A stretch of 64,000 nucleotides of DNA from Raillietiella orientalis. Its lineage: Eukaryota. Under the pieces are notes generated by a model. That model was not told the DNA's origin. It saw only the letters and a list, made by a program, of their open reading frames with translations, and did no database searches. Numbering within the stretch: the stretch's first letter is position 1; each line of letters starts with the position of its first letter. Location of the stretch: contig JAYWIR010000005.1 in NCBI GenBank assembly GCA_036172245.1, positions 6,076,001 through 6,140,000 of the forward strand, given 5' to 3'. The position numbers and the translations under genes are program-made. This document shows, piece after piece, positions 1-14,000 of the stretch.

Positions 1-358
1 CCCTGGGAACTACGCCGCTCAAGGAACACACGTCACCGCTCAAGTGTGCTGCTCACCCTGACCACATGGAGCGTGATCATTTCCGTCATCACGAGCCGCC
101 TTCGCAGCTGATCGGGTCTTCGTTCGGGCAAAACTCCCGACACTCTCCCTGTGAACGACGGCGACCTCGGCAAACGCTGGTATGCCGAGGTCGAAAGAAA
201 ATATAGGTGCTCTTCTGCTCCCAGCGTGAAAATATCGGTCGAAAAGACCACCCCTTCGGCCATCAGGGAACCCGAAGTTCAAAGCACGCGGAAAATTGAA
301 ACTGGGAGCGATCAGACGGACCTTCCACCTGGGAACCCGCATCCCTGGGGATACAGAC

Positions 359-391
359 TCCGTCACGAGTGATGCTGTCACTCGTGACGGA
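359..391. repeat. Perfect inverted repeat, 14-bp stem with 5-nt loop
   Basis: tccgtcacgagtga-tgctg-tcactcgtgacgga, pairing checked base by base. Confidence 0.9.
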
Positions 392-819
392 AGTCACCGC
401 CTCCTGGGATCACACAACCATCTCCTGGAAGACATGAGGAAGGACGCGTGAAGGGCATCCAGAGGGAATTCAGAGGGAATCTTCAGCCGCCTTGAAAGCT
501 GCCGCGCTCTGCCCCGTGAAGGGGCCTTCGAAAGAGAAGGCGTCGCCTCCCTTCCATTCTGGACGGCCTTCTCTGCCACGCGTTCGGCGGACCGGACCCT
601 CGCGCTCACCATCCGCTTGCTGTCTCCCGGAGGTCTGCTCTTTCAAGGTATCCTGGTGGAAAATCGGGAGTTTCCCAAAGCAGTGGTCTTGCAGCGTTGT
701 TCGTGGCACGCAGATGAAGAGGGTGTTTGGTCCTTCAGGGGATGTCGACGGAGGCGCCACCACCCCTGACTCCGAAAAGAGCGCGCTCGTCCCGCGATTC
801 GAAGGTGGCGCGGCTCGAG

Positions 820-833
820 GTTGCCTCGGTAAC
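820..833. promoter_or_regulatory. RFX X-box motif
   Basis: GTTGCCTCGGTAAC fits GTTGCY-N(1-3)-GGYAAC. Confidence 0.4.
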
Positions 834-3800
834 GGGAGCTGGTGTGCCTTGCATGCGGGCCTGCATCGCGCTCGCATCTTCTTCGGACCGAAGATGCCCA
901 GAGATCCATTCGCACCGCCGCTCCCTCGTCGGCGAAGTCGCTGAACGGCCGACCTGGAGACGTTCGCTCGCTGGATGGGAGGGGAAAGGGGAGAGGCGCT
1001 AGAGTAGGGCACCGAGGGCAGACCGCCTCGAACACTCGGTCATCACCTCGGGACTCCTTTCCTCGTGGTTACTCCTCGGCGATCCCACAGATCGGGAGGA
1101 AGACCGCTCTTCCTGAGCGCCCGGCGCTGCTCCCGGAAAGCCTCCGAGGGCGCTCTCGAGCCCGCTGCCGACGCGGGCCTCACCTTGGTGCCATCTCGAC
1201 GTCAGTTCCCGCTCTCACGCTCCGGTGAGGGGGGGGCTCTCCGCTGGCATGACCTTCTTCCCTTCCGCAAGTGGAGGTTCCTCTCCTAAAGTCCAGAACC
1301 TTCTTGAGTGCGGTCGTCTGCGAGTTGCTCCGCTGCGCAAAAGGCGGACCGCGGAGGACTGATTCGCTCGATAGGACCGCTTGCACTACGCCCCCCCTCC
1401 TTCCTCGCGGAACTCGTCCGGTCCCTGGGAACGGCGGACGGGCTTTTCCGACTCTCGCCCACGGGCGGGGAAGCTCCCGTGCTCGCGCCGCCCGTCCTGA
1501 AGTCAGGTGCGTCTTCGCGGACTCGCACCCTTCTCCCGAGGCCGGAGGACGAACCCGTCCAGAAGAACAGGCAGGCCGGCACCACGCACACGCGAGCGCG
1601 CCAAGAAGAAGAGCCCACGTTGGCGACAGTGCGTCTGCGGCGGTCCCAGCGCGCATGGCACCGAGCGTAGCGAGTTCGAACCCCTCCGGGGAAAGGGTCG
1701 ACTCCGAGAACGGGGGGCGCATCACGGGGGTTTTGGTTCTGTCCCTCCCTCCCTCCCGCAGGATGACGCCGGTTGGCCCCCGGAGTTTTCGGGTGCGGCA
1801 CGGGAGGGAGCCAGTAAACCCTCCGGGAGTTCTCCCGTCGAGTGCCGCCCACGCGCACCTTCTGTTCCTCATCTGCGCGGAAGTCCCGAAGGCCCGTGCG
1901 GATTCCGCGCGGCGATCCTCCAAGGCCCACAGTAACTGCGGCGACGCGATTCTCTCCCTGCTCCCTGCGCACGTGGGGAGGACCATACTGCCGGACACTC
2001 CCGAGGTTTTTCCTCTCGCGTCGGGCAGGCCAAAGTGTTTGCGGAGAAAGGAAACGGGAAAGCTCCACCTCGCCTGCCCGGTTTTCCTGGTGCCAAGGGT
2101 CGCCTCGGGGTCACGCACGGCTCCGGCTTCAGACCCCCCCTTTCTCCTTTCCCGTCCTCTTTCCTGCAAGCCTGAGGAAAAACCATCCCCGCGTGGAAGG
2201 GATGCCGGAAAATGCATCCCCGGCGTCCTTTCTTCCCTCAAGCCTTGACCCCACTCTCCCACTTTTCCCAGAAGTCGTCGACTCCCTGACGGCGCTCCAT
2301 GCGCCTCTGGACCGTTCTTCGGAAGCTTGTGCTCTTTCAGCGGCTTTTCCGCCCCGTCACTACTGAGTCTGCATCCGCCGTTCCTCCCCTGCGCCCCTCG
2401 TTCTGTCCGACCTCGCCCGACGTGCGGATCGGATGGCCCAAGCGCACTCCGACGGGGGACCGTCCCCAAGGTCGACGGGGCGGAGTCGCCTTTCCGTGGG
2501 CAAGGGCAGGCCCACAACTCTCGCCGGGAACGCAGCAGCGCCACCTCTTCCGCGGAAGCCTATCGCCCCCTCCTGTGAGCGCCGCCGTTTCCGTGCCGAC
2601 GGCCTGCGCTGCTGCTGGCGGAAGCGTCGTCGTTGGTGGCGTCAGGAAGGTGGCATCTCCCCTTCCCGGCGGCTCCTGAGGTCAGCGTCAGGAGCGCCCC
2701 GGTGCGTTCGAAGCGCACTTCCGGAGCAGTCCAGGGGGCCTCTGCACCGCCCTGGACTCCCCTCCAGGCACGGAGGCCCGTCCCGCAGCGAGGTCACGCG
2801 GCCAGGGCGAAAGGCGGCGGACCGAGGCAGGGGAGAACATAGGAAGGGAGGGTCCGCTCTCGTGGGCGCTGTTCTCGGGGTGGAAAACTCCCCCCGAGGG
2901 TGACCTGGTGCCCAGGGCGGCGTGAGAAGAGTCGCCCGGACGTTCGCTTCCCCCACGGAAGGAGAGCGGTGTCTTGGCGCCCCCTCTTCCCGAAGGATGT
3001 GAGGGGAGCGTTCTCCTGGCGGGCAGCGACCCTCAGGGGGAGCCTTGGAGGCTCATGCTCTGCGGAAGGGTGCAGGTGGGCGCGGGAGCCGCCCCTCTGC
3101 TCCCAGGGAAGAAAGGGAGACCCCGGGAAACCTCGCCCGCCCGTTGCAGTCTCGGGCGCCGCGCCGACCTCCCCCAGCCGCGAGGGGCGTTCGGGACAGA
3201 GAGGTTGTCTGGAGATGGACGCATTCACCCCCACCCCTTTCCTCCCCGCTTCGACCTTCTTCCCCTCCCACGCTCCTTCCCGCGAGGTCCCGCGGGGAGT
3301 CATCGCCTCGCGTAGTCGAGGCTGCGGGGTATTTCAGGCAGCCCTGCGTCCGGTCGCTGGCGACGCGAGTGCCTCCGCGCCGTCTCCCCAGTGGCGGGGA
3401 GCCGGGGGTTCCTTCTCGGGATGAGAGCGTCCGGGACCTCCGGGGTCCTTCCGGTTCCTTCCTTCCCCCGAGTCGGCACAACGGTGCAGCAGCAGGTGAG
3501 GAGCGCCTCTAGTGCATCCGGAGGGACCCTGTTGCCACGTAAACTGGCGGCACTGCGGCGCAGCGCGGAGGCTCCCGGTGACGATGTTCCTGGGGTAGGG
3601 AACGTCCCGCACATGCAGGGGACCTCCACAGCACCGCCCACGATCTTCCCTCCTCCTTCCCCTTCCCAGACCCCTTTTCTCGCTGCGCGTCACCCGTCGG
3701 AGCTGCCCGCCGCCGACCCCTGACGGACTCAGGCGAACGGCGAAGCGGAAGAAGCAGTGCAGTGCGACCGGATGATCTGCGAGGGGTCTGGGTGCGCTCG

Positions 3801-6800
3801 CCTCAGAGGCGCAGGCGGCCCTGCAGGGGAGGGGCGGCTCAGAAGTGGCATCGGGTCGGGCGGGCCATGGGTGGCAGAGGCTGCGGGGCCTAGATGCCCA
3901 GACAGAAGAGCACGATAGCAGAGCGGCGGTCGCTCGGAGACGAAGCTCGGGGGCACCGAGCACTGAGGGGAAAGGGGGGAGATGAACGATGAGGACCAGG
4001 TCGCCGGGGTTCCTGGTCTCCTCCGGCGTTGCAAGGGGAGGCAGGAGCGGTCGCAAAGAACATCCCCTCCCTGTCCGATAGCAACACCGAGGAAGGACCT
4101 GCCCCAAAGAGACAGCCCTGTCGCGTGGCGGCGGAGATCCTCTGGGCGACCCCTGACCACGCACGTCGAAAGCGGGGAGGGTGGAAGGTAGACTCTGCAA
4201 AAAGACCCCGCGTCAGGTGAAAAAATCCTTGCCCTCGAGGCATTGTCGCTCGTCCTGTGCCAGCTCGTTGTCCCGGAAACCCCTCTCGAGGAAGAGCTTC
4301 CTCCCTCCCGACCGCGCTACCGCGGGAGTTCACGCTCCGCAGTCCTCTCCCCTTGCTCTTGAACGGAGTTCTGCCGGTCCCACCAGGGGGCTTGAGGAAA
4401 ACTCAAGCCATCCGTCCTCCGCGGGAAGCGTCATCTCCGGGTTGGTTCCTCCTCCATCTGCTGCTTCTCTTCCGGAAGCGTGGCGTCTTCCCGGACGCCT
4501 CACCATCACCCAGGAGCAGCAGCACCGGAGGGAACATCAGAAGGAGACATCCTCTTCCTCCTGGAAGCCAACGAGAGGGCGGAGCCGGGCGCTGCTACGC
4601 CGACGGCGGAGGAACTGCTGTCGGCGAGGACCTCTTCTGCCCCAGGGGGAGGAATAAGGAAGGGCACGACCTGCAAATCGGCGCGAGCGCTTCCAGGCGA
4701 TTCAACCCTCCCAGAGTCAGGAGGGAGGGAGCCGCAAGGGGAGGGAGAGGAAGAATTCCCGGCGGGCGAAGGCACGCGAGAGCGCATCCGCGGACGGAGG
4801 TGAGGGTGAAGAAGGGCCGTCCACGTGACCCTACCCTCCACTTCCCTCCGAACGTCCGCAGCCCGCGTCGCCCCATCTATCCATTGCTGGCTCGGGAGGA
4901 CGGGGCACTTCCAGAGACCTTCTGGGTGAGATCGCCTTCCCGGTTTAAAAGGCAGCGACTGCTTCTTCAGCCTTTGGGATAAAGGTGCCTGGCTGTCCGG
5001 GACGGCGGGGATCGTGGAAGAGGACGTCGTCACATGACGCGCCCCGATACGCGGCAGCACCAGCAGCGATCATTCGGCCAACGCGTACCTGCAACGAAGA
5101 ACGGTGCGAGAAGAACAATCGTCGGCATTCTTGTAGCAGGTGAGCACCAATTTTTTTGTGTGTGTTGTTGCTGCTGCTGCTTACCCTGTGGTTGAAGGGC
5201 GGTGCAGCCAAAGAATCGGAACCAGGTCAGTCTGGAGATCTGCCTGAAGAAGATGAGGAAGGGATGTTTGCTCGCCGAAGAGAAGCCCGCAAGAAGGAAC
5301 GGACAAGGGAGGCGAACGAGGCAGGGTAAGTGTGGCCACGGGCTGGCTGGCGGCGGGCTCCTAGGGTCCGCGGGGATGGGTCATCTGCGGCCGAGAACTG
5401 GAGGTAGGAGCCGCACCTCTTCCTCCCAAGAGATGCGAGGGTCGCGACAGCACTACAGCCTAAATCTGAACCTCCGTTGAGACTCCAAGCAAGTGTTGGT
5501 CTAGCTGTACACAGATCCGGGCACGTGTGCACGTATGTGTGCGTGCAAGTACCCATAAATACACACACGGAATCCACAAGTTTTTATTAGGATACTTAAA
5601 CACTATTGTTAAAGTAATAGACTGCAGTAAAATCTCACTCGGAGTCCGCCGTTGGGACGATGCTTCAGGGTACATTTTAAATACGATGTTTGTTCTTGCT
5701 TCCGATTCCTGATATGTATGAATTTCGGAGGGAACACTTTGTTCTAGGTCAGCTAGAACAAGGTGTGTTCCCTGGAAGCATTGGACTGAAGTGCTTATCT
5801 CAACTAGCAATAATCCCATCTCCACTTTCGTCCTCGGTTAGAATAGCCGCCCGTGGGCAAAGCTCATGATCTGTGCTTTCATTTTAATTTTGGTTCCTGA
5901 ATGAATCAGCGAGGCAGATTTTCACAGTTGCATTTCGGTCCGTGCATTGTGAATGTCCGAAAGAATGAAGATCATTAGGAAGAATTTAGAATCCCAAATC
6001 TCAGAAAAACCATGCTTAGCCGGCGCCGCCACAAGCTATGCCCAAAAGCGTGTACAAAAGAAAAGATGGAAAACGCTTGACTGTAGACAAAACTGTAGGT
6101 ATCAGGAATTTAGTAGTCAGCATTTAGAATACTTCGGTACATACGAGCGAGAACTTCTGCTCGATTTAAAATGGTGGCGCATGCGGGCATTTTAAGTTGT
6201 GCTTTTCTTTTGAACCTCCAAGTTGAGAACCCTGGCGCGGACACCCCCGGCTGTGCGCATTGTTGCGCAGCTTGGTGTGCGCCTAGGATACGAGCCATGA
6301 CAACCAAGCTTCAAGGTGCAACCGAGTTGAATGTGCGGATGCACTGCAGAAGTTGTGGCGATGACTGTATTCTGATAGAGACCACGCAGATTTTGTTAAT
6401 GAAAATACGTTGTACGTCATGAACATGTAGTGTGGCTGAATACAAGTGGTGCACGCAACCTTCAAGTACGTTTGTGTATGTGATGCGTGTATGTAGGTGT
6501 ACATATAGGCTACTTACGTAGACATGCAAGTATACGAATTCATGCCTGTGAAGCAAAAAATACTCATAGGCACAAGACACACAAGACGTGCCTATAAGCA
6601 CATCATGTGTGTGTACTTATCTAAACATGGCATGTACGAAATGGCATGAGCTAGCATACATGTATGAAAACAAAAGGCGTCTCTGACAGAAGGCTGCCAT
6701 ATTCTAAGAAACTGCCGTGAGGCGACACGAGTTTTATGCGAGCTATAAGAGCTTTTGAGAACACGCTATGCACACAAGTGTACACTGCAGGAAGCTGTCT

Positions 6801-7799
6801 TTGGCAAGGGGAAGGGGAAAAAATGCGACTCGACAAAGCTGTAGGAGGAGAAGAGAGATAGATGGCAGGCCCTCGGATCCCCGGAAGGCCCTGGCTGGGA
6901 CGCCGCAGCCTCTTCCAAAAGTTGGACGCAAGAGTTTTGGGAACTGTTTCCATGGCTAGGAGTAGGGGTGGATCGGGCCGTGGTTCAGATCAAGGAAGAC
7001 TCTGGTACGAAACTGCTTTTGCGGTACATGGGTTGCGTCCAGATCGGCAGACTCGGCCACATGAGTCGATTTGTATTTTCGTCCCAGCCTGGGTAGATAG
7101 GTAGTTCCCACCGCCCGACGAACGGAGCAGCGTGCGTACCGCCCGCCACCTCCGCAGGCGTTCTCCGACGGAACCGCTTGCTCATCCCTTTCGTTCTTCT
7201 CCTTTGTCCCTTTGGTGACGCTGGAGGCAGGATGCTCATGCCATTCGAACTTGGTTCTGCGCAATGGGGAGCCTAGAGCGTTGCACGAAACTCCTCCAGA
7301 TTCAATCATGGATGTGGTGACCACCCTCCTCCCTTTCCCTTCCCGGGTATCACCGACCTCAGCCCGGCATACGAAAAAAGTGGCGGCCGTCAAGGAAAGC
7401 GCAAGGGCCGAGAATCCATCAGGCAATGCCCTCCTAACAGCAGCGTCTTGATGCGCCAGCGCCAGCAAAAAGTCGCAGGGAAACATCCCTCGAGACAGCA
7501 AGGCCAACCCCCCCCCCTCCACTCCCCCCGAAAAATTGATCGGCTCCGCTTTCTCCTTCTCTTCGCCCATTTGGAAATCTCCGTTTTTCCCGCCGCACGC
7601 GCCGCCATCAGTTGACTTCGCGTTCGTAACCCCGGCCGCCGCCGGCACGTGATCGCCGATGCGGAGAGATCTCGTTGGCAAGGTGACGGGATGGCTGCTG
7701 CTGGCGGCGGCGGCGGCACGCCGTAGCGAGGAAAATGCGGTTCCGGGAAGCGGATCGTCGTCACCGGCGCCTCGCCGGAAGCCGACATTTCCCTTCCGC

Positions 7800-8060
7800 T
7801 CCTGCGCGCACTCTCGCTCCGCTTTTCCTATTGGGCGTCTGGACAAAATGCCGTTTGCCGCGCGCGCATGCGCACTGAGCGGTTTTCCGTAGGCAGAGAG
7901 CACGCGCCGATGGCATCGCTGCGGACTCCCAAAGCAACGCGTTTTGTATATGTGTCTGCATGTGTTTTGTTTCCTTTCTCCTCCTCCCCTCCCCCTATTC
8001 CGATCTGTTCCTCCTCTTCGATTGCATCAAGGTTGCAGTCAGCGCGCATGCGCTACAAGG
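7800..8060. promoter_or_regulatory. Promoter-like CpG-rich element with two NRF1/Ewg motifs
   Basis: GCGCATGCGC at 7864-7873 and 8044-8053, plus ATTGG (CCAAT box) near 7830. Confidence 0.45.
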
Positions 8061-11000
8061 ACGACGCGACCAGCTGCGCCGCCTCTTTCCCCCTTCTTCC
8101 CCCTCTGCTCGCTCGTTCTCCCCCTCCCCGTCTCCCTATGCATCCATCGGGTCCATCCGTTGCACCCTCAAAACCTTTTCGTACGGGGAGCACCCAGGGC
8201 CGTGCATTCCACGTGAATACGCAGCGGAAGAGAAGGAGGAGAGGGAGTGGGGGGAGGAAGGGGCAGGATTCCCCGTATGCTGCTTGCCAGAGACAGGATC
8301 CAGAGACACGCTTACGCGCGGGAAGGGGCAGGTTGACCGCTCCACTTCAGCTGCCATCTCGGATCGCGGTGCAGTCGTTCCTTCCCTTCTCCCTCGCTTT
8401 CCTACCCTCGGCTGCCGCGCGCTTTCGTCCGCCGCTTCCTCCTGGAACGGGGGGTTCTCCACGCTTCGGCGAGCCCTTTCGGGCGGCCTGCCGCACGCGG
8501 TCACCTCCCCCAAGCAGGAGTCGTCGCCACGGGCAATCCGAACGCGTGTGGGCCTGCGCGGGAGCAACGTGGAACATTGTCCTACAAAGTATTTCGTTGT
8601 AAGCAGGAAGCGGATGTTCAGGGGACCGCCATCGCACCCTCTGCCTCCCCATGATGGAAATTAGGGGAACAGGCAGGGGAGAGGGGCGAGCGAATTCGGG
8701 TCGCAGACCTTCTCCTCCCTCTCCAAGCCCACCGTCTAGGACAAACACCCCCCAGGGTTTGCGCGGAAACAGAGGGTGGTGCCTCCGGATCGTTCGTTGC
8801 GCGCGCGTGTGCTCCCTCCCTCTCACGGGGGGCATTGCGGTTTCTTCGCAATCGGCAACCGGCCAGCTTCTCCGGCCCCTCCTCTTTCTTTCCTTCCGAA
8901 AGAGACGGAGCTAGGAAAGATGAGTGCCTCCTGTTTTTTTTTTCTGCTTAGCGTCCGCCCCGAGGGCCTCGACGATTAGTCCTCAGCGTTAGGGGTGAGG
9001 GCGTGCCGGCGGCGACGGTCACGGCGACTGCCACGCCGGTCTCCCTCGTGCTCTTGGTGCTGACGCCCCGTCGATCCCTCGCGTCTGCCCGCAAGTGAGG
9101 GCATCTTCCGTTCTCTTCTCTCGTGCGCCTCCAAAAAAAGAAAGAAAAAAATGGCTCCATGCCCCTCCCTTCTCAGGTTTGAACCCGTGAACTGTCCAAA
9201 TCCCCCACCGGGAATGCCCGCTCTTGGGTGGGTAGACGGGCACATTCCCGCCTCTCGAAAATGGGTGTGCACACAGCAGACTCAAGGGGGTGCCGAAGAA
9301 GCAGCAGATCGGCAGTTTCCTTTGGGGAGGTGTAGGGGAGGGATCAGCCCCGGTGGCCTTGGAGTGCAAGGCCAGCAGAACCAACGCAGTACATCCCCAA
9401 GCTAGGAGCTGTTGCGATCCACTCGGTGTCCGCCACACGTTGAAAGAGCGCCCCAGCGCTTCGTCTTGCAGACGCGTGTGATGCTCCGGTCCGCTGGGAT
9501 TCGCATGGGCTGAACGCGACACTTCGATCCAAGGTGACGAACCCCCGGAGGCTGAAACAGCTCCTGAAGAGGCCAAATTGTGCTGTCTCGACTGCACACT
9601 ATCCTTCGCAAAGGCTTCTCTGCCATCTATGATGTACGTGAAGAACCATTTCCTTTGAACCTATGCTATGCCCTTTGTGTGCGCGTGCGCGCCTGTGTGT
9701 GTTGGTGGTTTTCGGTTTTCACCTGATTATGCAGACTCATATCGTTAGGTCCCATTTCCACGAAATAGGGCGCAGTGTCTTCACGATCTCAACGAAAATA
9801 TCAGTCAGCTTGGAGCACACCATCCGCCTCCTGGATGGTGGTGCACGAAGGTCGCTGCGCGCGGTGGACTGAAAGCCTCGCTTCCCATCGAATGTTCAGA
9901 CGAGACTCTGCTTGGTCCCGTGGATCGCCTCGACCTGTCCGGAGTCAAACGCGATCCTCCTCTCCAGCCGGTGGACATGTTCATTTCATTTCCCGGCTAC
10001 TGCACACTCGAGGACCCTCGGCAACAGGAATAGGCATTTGCTCTCTTCCGACTCCATAGGCTCCGACAACGCATCTGCCTAGCTCCCCTTGTGGATTACC
10101 CGAGATTTGCAAGCTGGACGACGATCAACTCAGATGAAAACTTGGAAGCCGAGCCCCTCTGATTCCATCCCTAGGATGGAGAGAAGCAAAGAGAGAAAAA
10201 TCACCGACACCCGATGACTGTCCCTGAAAGAGCTGAATTTCTTCTTAGAAGTGTCTTTTAGTGAGGCCAGTCCATCGAGTGTCCCTTTCTTCTTTACGAA
10301 ACGTGGAGTTTGGTTTGTTGATATGAAGAACGAAACGCATCTTTTCCAACACAGCCTCAAGGCATTCCAAGCAGGGAGAGAAAAGACTCCTTCCTTTCCT
10401 GGCTGGCTGAGGTCTCTCCGCAGAAAGATGACTCCGCTCCAGCAACTTCACAGGCAGGGAAGTCTTTCCTTCGGAGAGGAGAGGATCTCCTGCGACTCTC
10501 CTGGTGCTCTATGGGGAAGCCTTGAATGTCGAGGTCCTTCCACCCTCAACAAAAGTCGGAGAAAATGGGAGCACTTTGATCCCAGCCTTCCACGATCTCT
10601 TATACTTCTACTTCCGACCGGAACCTCCACGTCTTTGGTCCGATTTTTCACCTCTTCCTGAAATTTCGACTGCTCGGAGATTTGTTGTCTAGGTGACTGC
10701 TTTGGATTCTCCCTCGTTCCGCTACAAGCTCTCACGGAAGGAGCTCTCCAGATGGATAAGACGCCTTCTCGGAGTTCCGCAATGCACACGTAAGTACACC
10801 TCCACATGGAGGAGTCCATGGAAGTGTGCTTGAGCGAGCGGCACGCCCATCGCTCTCCCTCCCAGCAATCAGAATTTTCCTCTCTGGGAATGGCGCTGCG
10901 ATGTGCGAATCTCCCTGCAGCGGTCTCAAAGCCGCCCTGCTAAGAAATTTGCGACCGCGTCCCCAGTTGGATTTTGGAAGGGTGCAGAGGCGGCGAAGTT

Positions 11001-14000
11001 TCACCTCTTATCCAGCGGAAGGGGGTGGGGGGTGGGGGGGGTGCTTTGGGCCTAGAAGCTTCTGAACGCTCCTGTCAGCATTTCCCGCTTTCCAGCTTGA
11101 GAGAGTTTCGGACCAGTGTGAACGAGGACTCCCAAGTGGTCGCAAGTGTTGCTACTTGAAAGCGAAGGCGAGCATAGGAGCGCTGCCAACACCATTTGCG
11201 TGGCTCCAGCATTCGCTTTCCAGAGTTCTTTCACACCTTGGCGTATCTGGAAGGGTGCGTTCGCCTCGTGTCGTCACGCCTCGCGCGCCGCGTGCTCGCG
11301 TTTTCGGAGGAAAGGAGGGAAGTTTCGCGATTGTGCTCGCGCTTTTGAAATCCCCGTGCTTTTTTTCAAGGTGAACCTCACATCCTTGTCTTATTTTTCG
11401 TTTTCTGGAAAAAAATCCTGCTTTGTCGACCCTGGCTTAGTGTAACGGAGCTGGCCGCCCTCGCTTTTTTCATTGTCTTGAAAAGGAGACCAACTGTTGG
11501 AAGCGCCCCATTCTGAAGAATCTGTGCGTCACCTGCTTCTCATATCCAAAGCACTGGGAGTCTCACCTGGCTAGGAAGAATTCTCCTTCAAATCATCGCG
11601 ATGGCTCATTTCCCGCCTCCAAACTGACTCCGTAGCATCTGCTACCGCACCCGTCACGCAAAGTGGAGCTTAAAGGGCAGGGTTAGTAGAAGTAGCAAAC
11701 AGAGAAGGAGCCAGCAACTTGTTAAATGTGATAAAAGGGGCTATCAGAACCAACCTGGAAAAACGTTTAATCTGAATTCTTGAACATTTATTTGGAGAAA
11801 TGATGGAGCTCAAGTCTCCACATAAATACATAGGTAAGGTAACAGTAACTATAATGGCACAATAATAACTACATTGATGCTTGTTAAAGGAAGCATGATC
11901 AAATTATGATACGGCTTGTGCCAACTAATAAAGCAAACAATAATAAAAATGATGTGAACGCAGCAAAAAAATTAACATAATAACTACAATCTTAGCAACG
12001 TAATGACAGGAACCAAGGTGTTTAGATTATAATCACAATCTTGTAGCGATCATTCATTATTTAAATAGCACCCGAAGCAGTAACTTTGCAGCAACCGTGA
12101 AAATCATGCGACTATAAATAATGGTAATCATTAGTTTAAATCACTGCTTTCACTTTACTTGAAATGTTATATTAATCACATGATGATGGCAGCACCAAAA
12201 ACGCTTTATGGCTGTGAATCCAGGACCTTCGATTTGCTTCACAAATTGCAAATCCACTCTGCCGAAGAATGAGACTGAAGAGCGAGGTGCAGCTTGAGAA
12301 AAAAGTTTTAGGAGCAAAGGGTATAATGATCAGTGGGGGTAAGGATTTAGACAAAAACGGCAAGGACCGCAAACTGTTGGCTTCGGATACACGAGCAAAA
12401 GATCTTTAGAGAAACGGAACTCTAGGAATTCCACTTAGCCTCTAGATATTCAAAACATTGTAGGGATACTGGCAGAGGGTGCCATTGAGGAATCCAAGAA
12501 ATCTGAATTAGAAGAGGAAAATCTTCATAGATTAGAAAAAAGATCGAAGAACCCCCCCGATACTGATAACAAGCATAGTTTTCTTCGGTTTTTTCCAGTA
12601 AACGAATTCAATCATTCCTATTTGGTTCATATGAAATCTTCAGGAAAGCTCCGTAAAAGGTCCTATTCATCTCAGTGAGTGCCCTACTGAATGGAAGAAG
12701 TAAGAGAGATAATTAGCTGATTCCTGAGCTGCGAATTTGGGTATCCAAGCAGTGTAATAAAAACACTGAAATTGCTATAAAACGGATTCGCAGCTGAAAC
12801 TGAAAAATTTGCTGATCAGGAAAAAAAATTCGGATGGACTCCTGTTGCTACTATAAAAGCATTCAGCTCTGTCATCTTTCTCAAAATTTACTTAGGAAAA
12901 AAGCATAAACCTTCTTTACTGGTAATAAAAGAAATTTGCTCTTAGTACATTGTTAAAGGGAAAGGGAGACTCATCTTAAACCTAACGAAGAAGGTTTAGA
13001 ATGAACTACATGGTAGTATTTTAATGGACAATAATCATGTCTGTTCATTGAGAAAACCTACATGCCGTCGGCTCTCTAATCTGCATGAGCATGTCGTGTT
13101 CTCTAGCCACGTCGGTCCTCGAAAGAAGTGGATCCCACGTCGATAGTACTTGTCTTCGACACCAGTTGCATATATTACTAGTTGCGTACATTTCGGGTAG
13201 AGTAGGTGCCTGTAAACATTAGTTCTGCTTCATTTGAGGAAGAAATGATGAGCACTCGCTCTATGCTCTTCAGCTCTATGAAGCTCTTCGCTACGAGTGT
13301 GTTTCATGACTGTAAGAGACGAAAATTTTAGGAATCAACTGGCAATTCTGCTAGCGGGAGATCAGGAAGCGGTTTCCGTGGCTGGTGCGCATGCGTAGCA
13401 CATTCTTGCTTGCCCTGCTCAGCATTTCATTTCTAAAGATGTAAAAGATCGGAAGTCCAGAGGAATTAAATTCGAAACATTTCAAGATCTGAGATACTGT
13501 GATGAATACCGGATCGTTCTCATACAAATTTCAGCAAATGCTCTAAATGCTCCCTAAAGAAGGAAGTGGCAGTACGCATAGCTGATCTCCATGAAACTGA
13601 TGAAGATCAAAATTATTCTCAGGAAGAGAATCATGTAAACGTTTACGAGTTGCAAGTTGCTGTAATGGATCAGTTTTTTTTTTTTTTTTTTAATGCGTGT
13701 TGGGTGAATTTAGCGTTTTGTTAGCTTCGGCTTGATTTTCCAACTCTACAGGAATCATTTTACGGTTGATCCTCATCTGTGGGCTTCCCTCGTGGGTTTC
13801 CGTGCAGTCTTGGAAGTAGCGGTTTCGTTCTTACCTCTCATTGCTTACCACCATCGGATCCTCTTCTGCAGATTTCTGCTCGCAGAGTGTGTTGGTGTGC
13901 CGGAGTTCGGACCACGTGCCGCTCTTTTGTTCAGGCCTTTTTTCTTAACAACGCGTTTCCATTGAAATTCGTATTCGCGTGGCTTTTGTGGGTTTGCACA

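Noticed and set aside
5500..6670. AT-richer block with purine-pyrimidine alternating ends suggesting a TIR element
   Set aside because: The apparent terminal match (ataa.tacacacac) is low complexity; no transposase remnant or target-site duplication seen.
1..11500. Many long overlapping ORFs (for example 1180-2544, 1271-2248, 6956-7903)
   Set aside because: R/P/G/S-rich translations on both strands, no codon bias or known motif; expected in GC-rich DNA with few stop codons.
13391..13444. Signal-peptide-like mini ORF MRSTFLLALLSISFLKM
   Set aside because: Only 17 codons, the ATG lies inside an NRF1-like motif, and no convincing downstream exon could be joined.
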